DNA of 64,000 nt from Vulcanimicrobiota bacterium. Lineage in GTDB: Bacteria > Vulcanimicrobiota > Vulcanimicrobiia > Vulcanimicrobiales > Vulcanimicrobiaceae. The translations under genes were made by a program, and so were the position numbers. Under the pieces are notes generated by a model. The model was given only the letters and a program-made list of their open reading frames with translations, did not search any database and was not told where the DNA came from. Positions within the stretch are counted from its first letter, which is position 1. Each line of letters begins with the position of its first letter. The stretch is from NCBI GenBank assembly GCA_963711625.1, contig OY970207.1, positions 2,914,029 to 2,978,028 on the forward strand, read 5' to 3'. Below are positions 63,664-64,000 of the stretch, piece by piece.

Positions 63664-64000
63664 CGCAGCGGTACGCCGCCGCACAGTCTGCGGCGGCGCG
63701 CGCCCCGCGAGGCTCGCGAAGAACGCGCCCGCGTCGGTGTCGTAGGCGGGGCACGCCGTCGCGCTGCGGATCGGGATGCGGATCGAGGCGCACGCGCGGG
63801 TTCGCCGCGGCGACCGCCCACACGCCCTCTCGCGGCGCGTGACAGCGGTCACCGTCGCTTCGCCATCTCGCACGGCGACCGCGCGCGCGTAGGCGTTCCA
63901 ATCGACGACGTAGGGCCAGCGCCCCACGCGCAGCACCGTATCGTTAAAGAACAGGCGTCACGACGATCGCGCACGGCACCATCGCGCGCGCGAAGCGGGG

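Overview
This is very GC-rich, gene-dense bacterial chromosomal DNA with about 70 protein genes, roughly four-fifths of them on the minus strand. I recognised no rRNA, tRNA, CRISPR array, transposase, integrase or phage gene.

The content is mostly core housekeeping:
- kbl-tdh
- a sulfate ABC importer (binding protein, cysT, cysW, cysA)
- an OmpR/PhoB-type regulator, a PhoR-like kinase and pstB
- a class I aldolase and a 7Fe ferredoxin
- a Clp-type ATPase
- the rimP-nusA-ylxR-infB-rbfA-DHH-truB-ribF block
- pyk
- tlyA-nadK-recN and xseA-xseB
- a class A PBP
- accB-accC-nusB
- folC-folP-folB-folK
- moaC-mog and uppP
- an exbB-exbD-exbD-tonB cluster
- rho and rsmA

The Ton system, beta-barrel proteins ending in Phe and a GT9-like transferase indicate a diderm envelope. 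The operon order, in contrast, is Firmicutes/Terrabacteria-like.

Most conserved genes can only be read by hopping between reading frames, which implies many apparent 1-nt indels. This is most simply explained by sequence-quality error. Coordinates of broken genes are therefore approximate, and several very long ORFs in the supplied track are chimeras of neighbouring genes.

I did not find a convincing self-contained novel system such as a defence island, biosynthetic cluster or mobile element. The items most worth a second look are:
1. Two tandem porin-like outer-membrane paralogs whose N-terminus is a copper-amine-oxidase-N (stalk)-like domain plus a Pro-rich linker. They may tether the outer membrane to the cell wall.
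2. A double-ring Clp/Hsp100 ATPase with an N-terminal zinc ribbon and TM helix, no Clp-N domain, no M-domain and no ClpP-docking loop.
3. An accB-position BCCP homolog that lacks the biotinyl-lysine (EALGI instead of EAMKM).
4. Structured leader regions with good promoters upstream of rimP-nusA-infB, of a 3D-domain cell-wall hydrolase gene and of rho.
5. A Ton cluster containing three TonB-C-domain proteins.
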